IMG/VR virus record: IMGVR_UViG_3300022876_000098
DNA from: an uncultured virus (IMG/VR IMGVR_UViG_3300022876_000098)
Taxonomy: Duplodnaviria > Heunggongvirae > Uroviricota > Caudoviricetes
DNA length: 64,000 nt
Direction: 5' to 3' (one strand)
Shown: piece by piece, positions 26,000 to 35,279 of the stretch
How the letters are laid out: each line of letters begins with the position of its first letter
How positions within the stretch are numbered: the first letter of the stretch is position 1
Made by a program: the position numbers and the translations under genes
The notes under the pieces: model-generated
What the model was told of the DNA's origin: nothing
The model's database searches: none
The model's input: only the letters and a program-made list of their open reading frames with translations

Positions 26000-26809
26000 A
26001 TGCATACCTCCTTCCCTCATGTACAGGCCCTGTCCAGGGCCGCGCCACACCATGCGAACCACGAGTTCGTGGCGCGCACGATGTCATCCCGTGAAATTGC
26101 AAACTTGACCGGAAAGCGCCACAACAACGTGAAGCGTGACATCGCCGCCATGCTGGCTGACCTGAAAGAAGATGCGCTCAGTTTTGAGCACATCTACCTG
26201 GACGGTCTTAATCGCGAGCAGGTCCAGTACCTGCTCGACCGAGAGCACACCGATTGCCTTCTGGCTGGCTACAGCCCGGCGCTTCGCATGAAGGTGATAC
26301 GCCGCTGGCGTGAGCTGGAAGGCCAGTCCGAGGCGCCCCAGGCCGTCATGGCCAACGGCACCAAGGTGATTGGCGAGATCGCCATCATGGAGTGCTTCGC
26401 GCGCCTGCTGAAGCCGGCCGCGTCGTGCCAGATGCAGATGCTGGCCAAGATTGCGGAGAACAACGGCCTCGATCCGAAATTTCTGCCGAGTTATGCGGTG
26501 GATGCCCCCGCTGATGCAGCTGGCGGAAGTTCGTTGCCTACCAAAGCGCTGACTGCGTTGCTCAAGGACAACGGCGTCCGGATGCCTCCAGCTTCGTTCA
26601 ATAAGGCCCTGCAGGAGGCCGGGCTGATCAAGGTCATGCAGCGCAAAAACTCCAAGCAGGAAACGGTCACGTTCTGGGCGATCACCGACAAGGGGCTGCG
26701 CTACGGCAAAAACCTGACCAGCCCTCGATCCCCTCGTGAAACGCAGCCGCATTGGTACGTCGATCGCTTCCTTGAACTCGCCGGATTGGTCGGCGTAGGG
26801 AGTGAGTAA
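26000..26809 (+). CDS. Rha family regulator/antirepressor
   Basis: MSSREIANLTGKRHNNVKRDI..GYSPALRMKVIRRWRELE; C-terminal WAITDKG. Confidence 0.85.
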   Translation: MHTSFPHVQALSRAAPHHANHEFVARTMSSREIANLTGKRHNNVKRDIAAMLADLKEDALSFEHIYLDGLNREQVQYLLDREHTDCLLAGYSPALRMKVIRRWRELEGQSEAPQAVMANGTKVIGEIAIMECFARLLKPAASCQMQMLAKIAENNGLDPKFLPSYAVDAPADAAGGSSLPTKALTALLKDNGVRMPPASFNKALQEAGLIKVMQRKNSKQETVTFWAITDKGLRYGKNLTSPRSPRETQPHWYVDRFLELAGLVGVGSE

Positions 26810-27588
26810 TGGCCGGAGACTGGATAAAAATGCGCGTAGATCTTCAGACCCATCCGAAAGTTTTCCGCATGGTGTCCGCATTGCGTGCGGACAGGTTGCG
26901 GGTGATTGGTGGACTGCATGTTGCTTGGAGCATCTTCGACACCCATTCTGCTGATGGCGTGCTGTATGGGTACACCACTGATGCGATGGATGCGGTTATC
27001 GGCTGGCCAGGTTTCACGCAGGCCATGATCGACGTTGAGTGGGCCGACATCGATGAGGATGGAAGCCTTGTCATGCCCCGCTTTGACGAGCACAACGGGG
27101 CCAGCGCCAAGCGCCGAGCGAATGACAGCGAACGCAAGCGCGAGTCGCGGAAAGCGAATTCTGTCCGCAATTCGTCCGCAAGTGATGCGGACAAATCGCG
27201 GACCAGAGAAGAGAAGAGAAGAGAAGATAAAGAACAAGATCAAAAGACTTCGTCATCTGGCGATGACGCTGACCTGTTCTCTCGCTTCTGGAAGCTGTTC
27301 CCGCGCAAAGTGGGCAAGGCCAACGCCGAGAAGGCTTGGGCGAAGCTCAAGGTTGACGCCGACCTGTTCGACCGTATGGCTACGTCGCTGGCAGCGTGGA
27401 GCATGTCCGTGGACTGGACCAAGGACGGCGGCCAGTTCATCCCCCACCCAGCCACCTGGCTGAACGGCAAGCGCTGGGATGACGAACTGCCACCTGCTGG
27501 CAACGTCCACCAGTTCCCACCGCGTCGTCAGGCCAACGGCCCCGATTTCAGCGACACGTCCTGGGCTGACGACTTGGGTGACCTATGA
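26809..27588 (+). CDS. Phage replication initiator (O analogue)
   Basis: MAGDWIKM, FSRFWKLFPRKVGK, PHPATWLNGKRWDDE. Confidence 0.85.
   Translation: MAGDWIKMRVDLQTHPKVFRMVSALRADRLRVIGGLHVAWSIFDTHSADGVLYGYTTDAMDAVIGWPGFTQAMIDVEWADIDEDGSLVMPRFDEHNGASAKRRANDSERKRESRKANSVRNSSASDADKSRTREEKRREDKEQDQKTSSSGDDADLFSRFWKLFPRKVGKANAEKAWAKLKVDADLFDRMATSLAAWSMSVDWTKDGGQFIPHPATWLNGKRWDDELPPAGNVHQFPPRRQANGPDFSDTSWADDLGDL
27161..27240. repeat. Putative ori: GTCCGCA/TGCGGAC iterons plus purine tract
   Basis: Four copies at 27161-27203, further copies at 26872-26893, followed by (GAGAA)n. Confidence 0.6.
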
Positions 27589-28346
27589 GTGCACAACCGA
27601 AGGTGCTCAGCGTCATGCAGATTATGGCGGCGACCAAGAACCTGCCCGCCGAGGTGCAGGCCCCGGCCAAGCAACTGGACCAGCGCACCACCAAGGTGGT
27701 CAACGCTTTGTTTCTGGAGCTGCAGGCCATCTTCCCTGCGTGGAAGCAGGCTTGGCCTGATGACGACGCACTGATGGCCGCCAAGCGCAGCTGGATCAAG
27801 TCCTTCGCCGCGGCTGGCATCAACACCTTGGAGCAGATCCGCTTCGGCATCCAGAAGTGCCGGTTGCTGGGTACCGACTTCGCCCCGAGCAGCGGCAAGT
27901 TCATCAAGCTGTGCCAGCCGACGCCAGAAGAGATGGGCATTCCACCGCTTGTGCGCGCCCTGGCAGAAGCGCTGGAGAACTTCCACCCCAGCAGGGCAGG
28001 TTCCCGCACCTGGTCGCACGCAGCGGTGCGCCACGCGGCCCTGCAGTGCGAGGCGCACAACCTGGGCCATATGGAGCCAGAACGCGCCGAGAAGGTGTTC
28101 GCCCGGGCCTACGACATCACCATCCGCATGCTGGTCTCCGGCGAGCCCCTTGGCGATATCGCCACCGGCATCGGCCACGACAGCCAGAAGAGCCTGATCG
28201 AGCTAGCCGACGAGTATGCAAGCCAACGCCAGGCCCGCCTGCTGGACCTCCAGCAGATCCCATCGAGCGCGGCCGCCTGCCGTGCACACCTGCTGGCCAA
28301 GTTGAACATCAAGCGCGCCGGGCAGCCGGCCGGGGAGGGGGTGTGA
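27585..28346 (+). CDS. Replication protein P-like helicase loader
   Basis: LQAIFPAW..KRSWIKSF..PSSGKFIKLC. Confidence 0.85.
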   Translation: MSAQPKVLSVMQIMAATKNLPAEVQAPAKQLDQRTTKVVNALFLELQAIFPAWKQAWPDDDALMAAKRSWIKSFAAAGINTLEQIRFGIQKCRLLGTDFAPSSGKFIKLCQPTPEEMGIPPLVRALAEALENFHPSRAGSRTWSHAAVRHAALQCEAHNLGHMEPERAEKVFARAYDITIRMLVSGEPLGDIATGIGHDSQKSLIELADEYASQRQARLLDLQQIPSSAAACRAHLLAKLNIKRAGQPAGEGV

Positions 28347-28501
28347 TGAATTCCCTGTGGCTGGCTTTCGTCTTCGCGCTGTGCGCTCTCGGCGGATGGG
28401 TTGGCGCCTACGAGAGCATCAAGAACGACTGCGATCGTGTCGGCGGCTTCTACATCGGCAACACCACTTACAACTGCACCATCGGGAGAGCCAGGCCATG
28501 A
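28346..28501 (+). CDS. Small membrane protein
   Basis: MNSLWLAFVFALCALGGWVG; coupled. Confidence 0.55.
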   Translation: MNSLWLAFVFALCALGGWVGAYESIKNDCDRVGGFYIGNTTYNCTIGRARP

Positions 28502-28968
28502 CCGAGAAGATCAGCGTCAACAGCCAGGCCAAGCTGTCCGAGGCCGTCACCATGCTCACCCGCCTGTTCCGCGACAAGAAGTTCGTCGTGGTCAGCATGC
28601 GCCCGGGCAAGGACCGCACCCTGGACCAGAACGCCCTGTGGTTCGCCATGTACGAGCGGATCGCCAAGAGCACTGAGATGGGCGACATCGAGGACGTGCG
28701 CCGTTACTGCAAGCTGCACCTGGGAGTGCCGATCATGCGCGCTGGCTGCGCGGAGTTCCGCACCGGCTGGGCTGAGTCGTTCATCCACCTGGATTACGAC
28801 GTGAAGCTGCGCCTGATGGGGCCGTGCGCCATGTTCGGGCCGGATGGGTTCCCGGTCACCCGGTTGTTCGACCGTGCACAGGGCTGCCAGTACACCGACC
28901 GGATCGTCGAGGAGTTCACGCCGCGGGGCGTGCACTTCGCTGACCTGCTGGGGGAGGAAGCGGCATGA
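28498..28968 (+). CDS. NinB-like protein
   Basis: RTLDQNALWFAMY motif. Confidence 0.7.
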   Translation: MTEKISVNSQAKLSEAVTMLTRLFRDKKFVVVSMRPGKDRTLDQNALWFAMYERIAKSTEMGDIEDVRRYCKLHLGVPIMRAGCAEFRTGWAESFIHLDYDVKLRLMGPCAMFGPDGFPVTRLFDRAQGCQYTDRIVEEFTPRGVHFADLLGEEAA

Positions 28969-29279
28969 GGCATCAATTCAAGGCTGGTGACCTTGCGCTG
29001 ATCGTCGGCACCCTCACGGCATACGAGACGCTGGGCAGAACGGTGGAGCTGATTGAATACCTTGGGAATGACCGGGTGATTTTCCTTGAGGCTGGCGGCT
29101 GGGTAGACAACGTCGAGGAGAACCGTATCTGGCTCGTTCGGCTGACCGATGGCCAGTACACCGACAAGCGCGGTGTGACGACCTCCGAAGGGCCATGCAG
29201 AGAGCAGTTCCTTATGCCCCTGCGCGGCGACTTTCAACCCGCGCAGCAGAAAGCCAAGGAGGCCGAGCCATGCGCGTAG
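28965..29279 (+). CDS. Phage hypothetical protein
   Basis: FKAGDLALIV..LMPLRGD. Confidence 0.7.
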   Translation: MRHQFKAGDLALIVGTLTAYETLGRTVELIEYLGNDRVIFLEAGGWVDNVEENRIWLVRLTDGQYTDKRGVTTSEGPCREQFLMPLRGDFQPAQQKAKEAEPCA

Positions 29280-29872
29280 CCGAGATCAAGCTGAAGAAGT
29301 GCAAGGCGCCAGGTTGCGGCCAGCGCTTCAAGCCGACAATGACCACGCAGAAGGTGTGCAGCATCGCCTGTGCCAAGGCCATGGCCAAAGATCCGAAGCT
29401 GCAGAAGGTCGCGGCCAAGGTCATCACCAAGCAGGCCCGCCAGGACCTGCAGAAGCGCCGGGAGAAGCTGAAGACCCGCCGCGAGCACATGGCCGAGGCG
29501 CAGGCCGCGTTCAATGCCTACATCCGCGAGCGCGACGCCGGCCTCCCGTGCATCAGCTGCGACTCGAATCCGAGCGACCACGACCTGATTACCGGCAGCC
29601 GCTGGGACGCTGGCCATTACCGCTCGGTGGGCGCCTGCCCCGAGTTGCGGTTTGAACCGTTCAACGTCCACCGCCAGTGCGTGAAGTGCAACCGCAACCT
29701 GTCGGGGAACGCGGTCGAGTACCGCATCCGCCTGGTGAAGCGCATCGGAGCTGACCAGGTTGAATGGCTCGAAGGGCCTCATAAGCCCCAGCGCCTGACC
29801 ATCGAAGACCTGCAGGCCATCAAGGCCCTGTACAGGCAGAAGCTCAAAGACCTGAGGAGGGCGGCTGCATGA
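29270..29872 (+). CDS. ninG: NinG/Rap recombination endonuclease
   Basis: FNAYIRERD..PCISC..DAGHYRS..NVHRQCVKCN. Confidence 0.9.
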   Translation: MRVAEIKLKKCKAPGCGQRFKPTMTTQKVCSIACAKAMAKDPKLQKVAAKVITKQARQDLQKRREKLKTRREHMAEAQAAFNAYIRERDAGLPCISCDSNPSDHDLITGSRWDAGHYRSVGACPELRFEPFNVHRQCVKCNRNLSGNAVEYRIRLVKRIGADQVEWLEGPHKPQRLTIEDLQAIKALYRQKLKDLRRAAA

Positions 29873-29987
29873 CCTGGACTATCGCAGATACAGCCGGCGC
29901 GCTGCTGGTGGTCATGACCATCGCTTCCACCTGGTGCGTAGTGCGCGCCAAGGGCATCGAAAGTCGCCGCAAGAAGGAGAACGGCCC

Positions 29988-30578
29988 ATGCAACTGAACA
30001 GCGCACGCCAAGCGTGGCACGACTGCCTCTACACTGCGTGGGACAGCCAGGGCGCATTCATCGAACAGCTGGGCCTGTTGGGCACTATGGTCCAGACCAC
30101 AGAGAAGCAGCGGAAGGCGAGCCATGCCGTGCACCAGGCGTTGGCCGGTGGTGTGCAGGCGGTAATCTTCAAGCTGCCCGGCAGTCTACGCGCCTTCGGC
30201 AACTTCATGTACGCCCCGCAGAGCGGCGACAACGAGCGCGAGGTGGCCGAGGAGTGCGTGTTCTCGCTGGCAATGGCCAGGTCGGGCCGTATGACCGCGG
30301 CCAAGCGCGAGCGCTGTGAGTATGTGGCCAAGGGCGTGATGTTCCGGTACCGCCGCATGCACCAGGGCGGGCAGTCATCAGCGCAGGACCCGTTTGAAAG
30401 CCCGGAGTGGTTCAAGCGCTGGATCGACGATGTGCACGGCGTGACGCTTCCCTCATGCGCCTGGGCCAGGGACTGGGAGCCATTCGTGCAGATTTGCTTC
30501 GAGGTCTGCGAGGACCTGGACAAGCGCGCACTGTCGCCGGTGTCAGCCGCAATCTACGAAATGAAGGAGGCCGCTTGA
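29988..30578 (+). CDS. Late antiterminator (Q position)
   Basis: MQLNSARQAWHDC; last nin-region gene before the late promoter and terminators. Confidence 0.65.
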   Translation: MQLNSARQAWHDCLYTAWDSQGAFIEQLGLLGTMVQTTEKQRKASHAVHQALAGGVQAVIFKLPGSLRAFGNFMYAPQSGDNEREVAEECVFSLAMARSGRMTAAKRERCEYVAKGVMFRYRRMHQGGQSSAQDPFESPEWFKRWIDDVHGVTLPSCAWARDWEPFVQICFEVCEDLDKRALSPVSAAIYEMKEAA

Positions 30579-30654
30579 GGGCCTATTGCGTTCCCGCACG
30601 TGTGATGGCACTATTTGTCCATTGTTAGAGTTTTGCCTTCGGCAAGCTCATCTA

Positions 30655-30730
30655 GAAACCGGCCAAAGCGCCGGTTTTTTTGTGCCCGCAGAAAAGCAAA
30701 AGCCCCGAACTGGTCGGGGCTTTCTTGTTT
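30655..30730. terminator. Two tandem intrinsic terminators after the late promoter
   Basis: ACCGGC-CAAAGC-GCCGGT-T6 and AAAAGCCCCGA..TCGGGGCTTTCTT. Upstream TTGCGT-N17-CACTAT promoter at ~30587-30615. Confidence 0.75.
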
Positions 30731-30880
30731 GTGCAGCGAGAAAAAGAGAGGGCGACTCCAGCGGGTGCTGTAACACCCAAGGGAGACGCCAGATCGCAGA
30801 CTACACCTGCAAGCCAGCCAAGGCCCTCACTGCTCGCGCGAGCGGGGCGGAGCCTAGCAGAAAAATCCAAGGCTTTGCAG

Positions 30881-31063
30881 ATGCTTAAAGATATCCGTTG
30901 CGGTAATTGCAAACGACTCCTCGCCCGAGCGGCGGGGATCACCCAGCTCCAGATCAAGTGCTCCCGCTGTGGGGCGCTGAATCATGTGAGGGCCTCGAGC
31001 CCCGAGCCATCGCCTTTGAGCGACATGAATGCGGAAATTCCGCAAATCAACCCTCGCTTATAG
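30881..31063 (+). CDS. Mu Com-like zinc-ribbon regulator
   Basis: IRCGNCKRLLA..IKCSRCGALN. Confidence 0.8.
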   Translation: MLKDIRCGNCKRLLARAAGITQLQIKCSRCGALNHVRASSPEPSPLSDMNAEIPQINPRL

Positions 31064-31074
31064 GAAAAAAATCA

Positions 31075-31950
31075 ATGGCTTTTAACTACCCTCTGCTCGC
31101 TCAAAGCGGTGGCTCTGTTTTCCCTCCTAAAACCATTCTTGGTGTTAATCAGTACATTCAGTCGCCCAATGGGCGGTACAGGCTGATCAACCAGTCGGAC
31201 CTGAACCTTGCTCTGTACGATGGCCCAACCGCAATTTGGGTTGCTGATAAGCACTCCCCAAATAGTGACGAGTATTATCCGAAGGTGTGGAAGAAAGACG
31301 ACGCCTCCCAGGTCTACATGAACCACGTATTGGGGCTGCTGGACCTCGACCGCCGCCGTATTTGGCACACAGTGAACACCGACATTCCCTACGGCGGTAG
31401 CCAAGAAAATGCGGCCGGGCGTACTTACCTTCAGCTCCAGGATGACGGCAACATGGTCATCATCGATGCATTTCCCCTGTGGGAGATTACTGCATCGGTC
31501 TCTATCAAGCCGCAGTCCACTGCCTCAATCATCAAGCCTGGCACCATTCTTAATCCCGGCGACACCTTCAAAGCCGGCAAGTCCCGGCTTGTCTTCCAAG
31601 GCGACGGCAACCTGGTCTTCTACGGTGAGAACGACCGTGTTATTTGGGCGTCCTACACCCAAAATAAAGGTGCTGCCTTCGCAGCTATGCAGACGGACGG
31701 CAACTTCGTCATCTACAGCACCGATCGGAAGCCCCTGTGGCATACCGGCACTGATGGTCACCCAGATGCCTACGCCCGGGTTCAGGAAGACGGCAGCTTC
31801 TCGATCGTGATGGATCGCGTGTGCTGGGCTCGCTTTGGCTTTACGCCGACCGTTAAGCCGATTCGCGTGTATTACCCAAATCACGCCGACCCGATTGAGC
31901 AAGGCACTGACCCATTCCCTACCTATGGCCATATCGGCTTTGAGTTCTGA
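31075..31950 (+). CDS. llpA: Lectin-like bacteriocin (LlpA/putidacin L1 family)
   Basis: Tandem B-lectin domains with QxDxNxVxY motifs (QGDGNLVFY, QTDGNFVIY) and a C-terminal extension ending in Phe. Confidence 0.9.
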   Translation: MAFNYPLLAQSGGSVFPPKTILGVNQYIQSPNGRYRLINQSDLNLALYDGPTAIWVADKHSPNSDEYYPKVWKKDDASQVYMNHVLGLLDLDRRRIWHTVNTDIPYGGSQENAAGRTYLQLQDDGNMVIIDAFPLWEITASVSIKPQSTASIIKPGTILNPGDTFKAGKSRLVFQGDGNLVFYGENDRVIWASYTQNKGAAFAAMQTDGNFVIYSTDRKPLWHTGTDGHPDAYARVQEDGSFSIVMDRVCWARFGFTPTVKPIRVYYPNHADPIEQGTDPFPTYGHIGFEF

Positions 31951-32075
31951 TCTGTAACAAGGTGAGGCATGTCTGAAAGGCATGTCTCGCCACACTTTAG
32001 ATCGAGCGTGCTTATTGACGCCCGAAATCACGATTTTATGGCGGAGCCGCCCGCTGCTTAGCCAGGAGAACACTG

Positions 32076-32447
32076 ATGGACCCGACCGACCTCGGCCCAG
32101 GCACAGCCACCTGGCTGGGCGGAACGGGCACCGTCTTACTGGGCGGCTTTTTATGGCTCCGCAAGTTTCTCTCGAAGGATGCCGCCGACCGCGCCATGGA
32201 CAACGCTGACATCGGCACCGTGCGCCGTCTGAACGAACTGCTCGACTCCGAGCGCGAGGCCCGCAAGCTTGCCGAGGCGCGCGCCGACCAATTCGCCAAG
32301 GAGCGTAACGAGCTCGCTGCAGCAGTTGGTCGAATGGAGGGGAAGATTGAAGCGCTGACCGGGCAGGTGTCTCAGCTCACCGACAAGGTGACGAGCCAGA
32401 GCGCCGAGATCGCCCGGCTACGCGCTCAGCTTGGAGGTGATGCGTGA
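32076..32447 (+). CDS. Holin-like protein (TM + coiled coil)
   Basis: MDPTDLGPGTATWLGG; lysis position. Confidence 0.6.
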   Translation: MDPTDLGPGTATWLGGTGTVLLGGFLWLRKFLSKDAADRAMDNADIGTVRRLNELLDSEREARKLAEARADQFAKERNELAAAVGRMEGKIEALTGQVSQLTDKVTSQSAEIARLRAQLGGDA

Positions 32448-32764
32448 TGGACAGATGCGCACTTGAATTTGTCGCTCGCCGCTGGTGGCGCCGGGCTGAG
32501 ATCTGGGTTATCGCCCTGGTGTTGATAACCGGTGGTGCGGTGCTGGGCTGGCAGTCGGCTTATTGGGCCATGACCAGCACCCAGGCCAGCCAAGTAAAGC
32601 AGATCCGCGAAGCCTACGACGCCGCCATGGCTGAGCGCGATCAGCGCCTGGATGAGCTGACCCGGAAGGCGGAGAACGCCGCCGCCAAAGCATCCAAGGC
32701 TGCAATGACCGCCAACCAGGCAGCCGATAAAGCGGACGAGGCCCTCAATCGGGTTGCGCCGTAA
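32447..32764 (+). CDS. Lysis-cassette membrane protein
   Basis: One TM plus coiled coil; coupled to the previous gene. Confidence 0.6.
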   Translation: MDRCALEFVARRWWRRAEIWVIALVLITGGAVLGWQSAYWAMTSTQASQVKQIREAYDAAMAERDQRLDELTRKAENAAAKASKAAMTANQAADKADEALNRVAP

Positions 32765-32972
32765 CTGCGCTATAGGATCCTTTGATCACTGAAAGATCAA
32801 GATTCGTCTCATCGTTGTCAGGCGTTACGCCGAACGAATGATTGCCAAATTGGCCCAGTGAGATGCAAGCGGTCACCCGAGGAGTGGTGCCGGCATCACG
32901 GACTCGGATCATCTCTCGAACCAATCCATCCATGATAGGGCCGTGCGCATCTATTTGAAGGTGTGTGACCAT
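32745..32972 (-). CDS. Small antisense hypothetical protein
   Basis: ORF track; start uncertain. Confidence 0.35.
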   Translation of the reverse strand: MVTHLQIDAHGPIMDGLVREMIRVRDAGTTPRVTACISLGQFGNHSFGVTPDNDETNLDLSVIKGSYSAVTAQPD

Positions 32973-33017
32973 GGATATACGTTCTGCCAGCGCGTGCGCA
33001 TCGGTGTACTGATGAGA

Positions 33018-33179
33018 CTACTTGTTCCTGACCCTGAAATTCTTACTGAGGTCGAGGCACAAAGTTACTTCGCCATCCTTGTTGCAGATCTCAGCATCGG
33101 TTGATTCCAGTCCGTACCAAGTATCGCCGTCAATCTCGATGTGGATTGCAGTTGTCTTCTTCAATAGCGAGCGCCGCAT
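33018..33179 (-). CDS. Small antisense hypothetical protein (53 aa)
   Basis: AGGAGG SD; MRRSLLKKTTAIHIEIDG. Confidence 0.5.
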   Translation of the reverse strand: MRRSLLKKTTAIHIEIDGDTWYGLESTDAEICNKDGEVTLCLDLSKNFRVRNK

Positions 33180-33209
33180 GAGACCACCTCCTGAAAAGGG
33201 CAAGCATAC

Positions 33210-33638
33210 ATGACCACCATTGCGTACAAGGATGGCGTGATCGCCTACGACTCGCAGATCACTCGTGGAGAGGTAATCGTCTACGACGACTATGACAAGT
33301 GCCTGGTCCGTGATGGCGTGCGCCTGTTCTGTTCGGGTGCTACGCCAGACTTCCTGGTGCTGGTTGACGTCTACTTTGGTGCAAAGCCTGCCGGGCCAGT
33401 AGATGTGACGGCTATGGTGCTCGATGGTGAGAGCCTGATGCTCGTGGCAATCGACAATGACACGGGCCTCTCGAGGTCGCCAATCATGCTCGACAGGCCG
33501 TATGCCATAGGTAGCGGGACGCCATTCGCCTTTGCTGCCATGGATATGGGGGCATCCGCCGAAAAGGCCGTCGAGATGGCAGCCAGGCGAGATACCAGTA
33601 CTGGCGGCAGGGTTCGTACATTCCGGATATGCGAGTAG
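33210..33638 (+). CDS. Ntn-hydrolase (HslV/proteasome-beta-like) protein
   Basis: MTTIA..AYDSQIT..K..AIGSG..A..RDTSTGG. Confidence 0.8.
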   Translation: MTTIAYKDGVIAYDSQITRGEVIVYDDYDKCLVRDGVRLFCSGATPDFLVLVDVYFGAKPAGPVDVTAMVLDGESLMLVAIDNDTGLSRSPIMLDRPYAIGSGTPFAFAAMDMGASAEKAVEMAARRDTSTGGRVRTFRICE

Positions 33639-33687
33639 GCAGCCGCAGTCTAATGCGGCGCCTTGAGAAGTTTCAGCCACCTACCTG

Positions 33688-33891
33688 CTATAGATCATCA
33701 AGCTTGTAGTGAGCTCCCTTGTGTTTTCTATCTAGCTCAATGAACTCGTCGGTCGCTTCGCTCCAGAGCTCAATGTATCTCTCTGACTCCGGCCTGCTGA
33801 GCCCGACGAAGACCTCTTCACCGGCGGAGTTCGTATAGATGGCCTTCTGAAGTGTCAGAAGTTTGCGGGTTGAGGGTTCCAGATTAAGCAT
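33688..33891 (-). CDS. Small hypothetical protein (moron)
   Basis: ORF directly following the next gene. Confidence 0.5.
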   Translation of the reverse strand: MLNLEPSTRKLLTLQKAIYTNSAGEEVFVGLSRPESERYIELWSEATDEFIELDRKHKGAHYKLDDL

Positions 33892-34086
33892 TCATTCGGC
33901 CTCGTTCAGACGGTCGCATTCCCGCTCGGCATCAGCCTGAGACGAGTAGTAGTCAGGCAGGTTTTGTTTAGTGCTCGAATCGTAGATGGCAAAGCCAGGC
34001 GGGGATGACGTCGAGGTTCTTAGCCCATGCTTTGCGCCGCCGATCTCAATAGAGACTCGCCGTTTCACTTTGTATCTCGGCTCCAT
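33892..34086 (-). CDS. Small hypothetical protein (moron)
   Basis: AAGGA SD. Confidence 0.55.
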   Translation of the reverse strand: MEPRYKVKRRVSIEIGGAKHGLRTSTSSPPGFAIYDSSTKQNLPDYYSSQADAERECDRLNEAE

Positions 34087-34162
34087 GGTTCCTTCCTTGT
34101 AGTTGGCGTACGAGCCCCATCAATACCGGCAAACAGCCAGTACTTCAAGATGTAGGTTTTTT

Positions 34163-34771
34163 ATGAGTCGACCTGTGCCTCCGACAGATCTTCTGGGTTC
34201 CCCGTGTTTGACTCTTCGCCCAGCACCTGAGGTTTGGGAGTGGGTACAAACCGAGATCCTCGCTGATACAGGTAGCATCCATAACCCCGAGCACGCCCAT
34301 TTGATTGACGCAAACATCGGCGTCCTGTGGGCATCGACGGGATTCGCCAAACAGGGGCGCGTGGTTCTCGGTCAGGCCGAACAGCTGATGTTCCGCGCTG
34401 GCGGGTGGCAGAAAGCCCGGCAAGAGCAGCAGATGCGGGAGTGGTTCGGGGAAGAGCCGTCCTACCTCATCACCCTGGCTGGTGATTACTGCGCCCAGTG
34501 CAGCGACGCGGAGTTCTGCGCCCTGGTCGAACACGAGCTCTACCATATCGCCCAGGCAACCGATGAGTACGGCGCCCCGAAGTTCACCCAGGAGGGGCTG
34601 CCCAAGCTATACCTGCGTGGTCACGACGTAGAAGAGTTCGTCGGTGTTGTTAGGCGCTACGGTGCCAGCGAAGACGTACAGCAGCTTATCTACGCTGCAA
34701 GCCGGCCGCCAGAGGTGGCCAAGATCATCATTTCGAGGGCCTGCGGAACCTGTCTGCTCAAGTCGGCGTGA
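34163..34771 (+). CDS. Putative phage metallopeptidase
   Basis: LVEHELYH and HDVEEF. Confidence 0.85.
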   Translation: MSRPVPPTDLLGSPCLTLRPAPEVWEWVQTEILADTGSIHNPEHAHLIDANIGVLWASTGFAKQGRVVLGQAEQLMFRAGGWQKARQEQQMREWFGEEPSYLITLAGDYCAQCSDAEFCALVEHELYHIAQATDEYGAPKFTQEGLPKLYLRGHDVEEFVGVVRRYGASEDVQQLIYAASRPPEVAKIIISRACGTCLLKSA

Positions 34772-34802
34772 TCCTTGACAGCCCTTGACGGAACCCAAAT
34801 CT

Positions 34803-35279
34803 ATGGCAGCCCTGAAAAATGAGGTGAAGGCCTTCATCGTTCAGGCTCTGGCCTGCTTCGATACACCGAGCCAGGTGTCGCAGGCCGTCAAGGAGCAATA
34901 CGGGGTGGAGGTATCTCGCCAGCTGTGTGAGAGGTACGACCCGACGAAGTATTCCGGGCGCGACCTGGCGCAGAAGTGGAAAGATTACTTTCACGAGTGC
35001 AGGACCCGGTTCAGAGAGGAAACCAGCGACATCCCGATCGCCAACCGGGCATACAGGTTGCGCGGTCTGAGCAGGATGGCCGAGAAGGCCGAGAACATGC
35101 GAAACCTCGCCTTGACAGCCCAGCTTTACGAGCAGGCGGCCAAGGAGTGCGGCGACATGTACGTCAACCGCAAAATCGAACCCGACAAGCCCCTGGGCTC
35201 CCAGGCGGACCAGCAGCACGCCATTGCTGAGTACAAGCTGGAGCCAGACGAGAATGTCCCCGCTACCCCGTACCTATGA
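34803..35279 (+). CDS. terS: Terminase small subunit (DUF2280-like)
   Basis: FIVQALACFDTPSQV..YDPTK..EQAAKE. Confidence 0.85.
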   Translation: MAALKNEVKAFIVQALACFDTPSQVSQAVKEQYGVEVSRQLCERYDPTKYSGRDLAQKWKDYFHECRTRFREETSDIPIANRAYRLRGLSRMAEKAENMRNLALTAQLYEQAAKECGDMYVNRKIEPDKPLGSQADQQHAIAEYKLEPDENVPATPYL

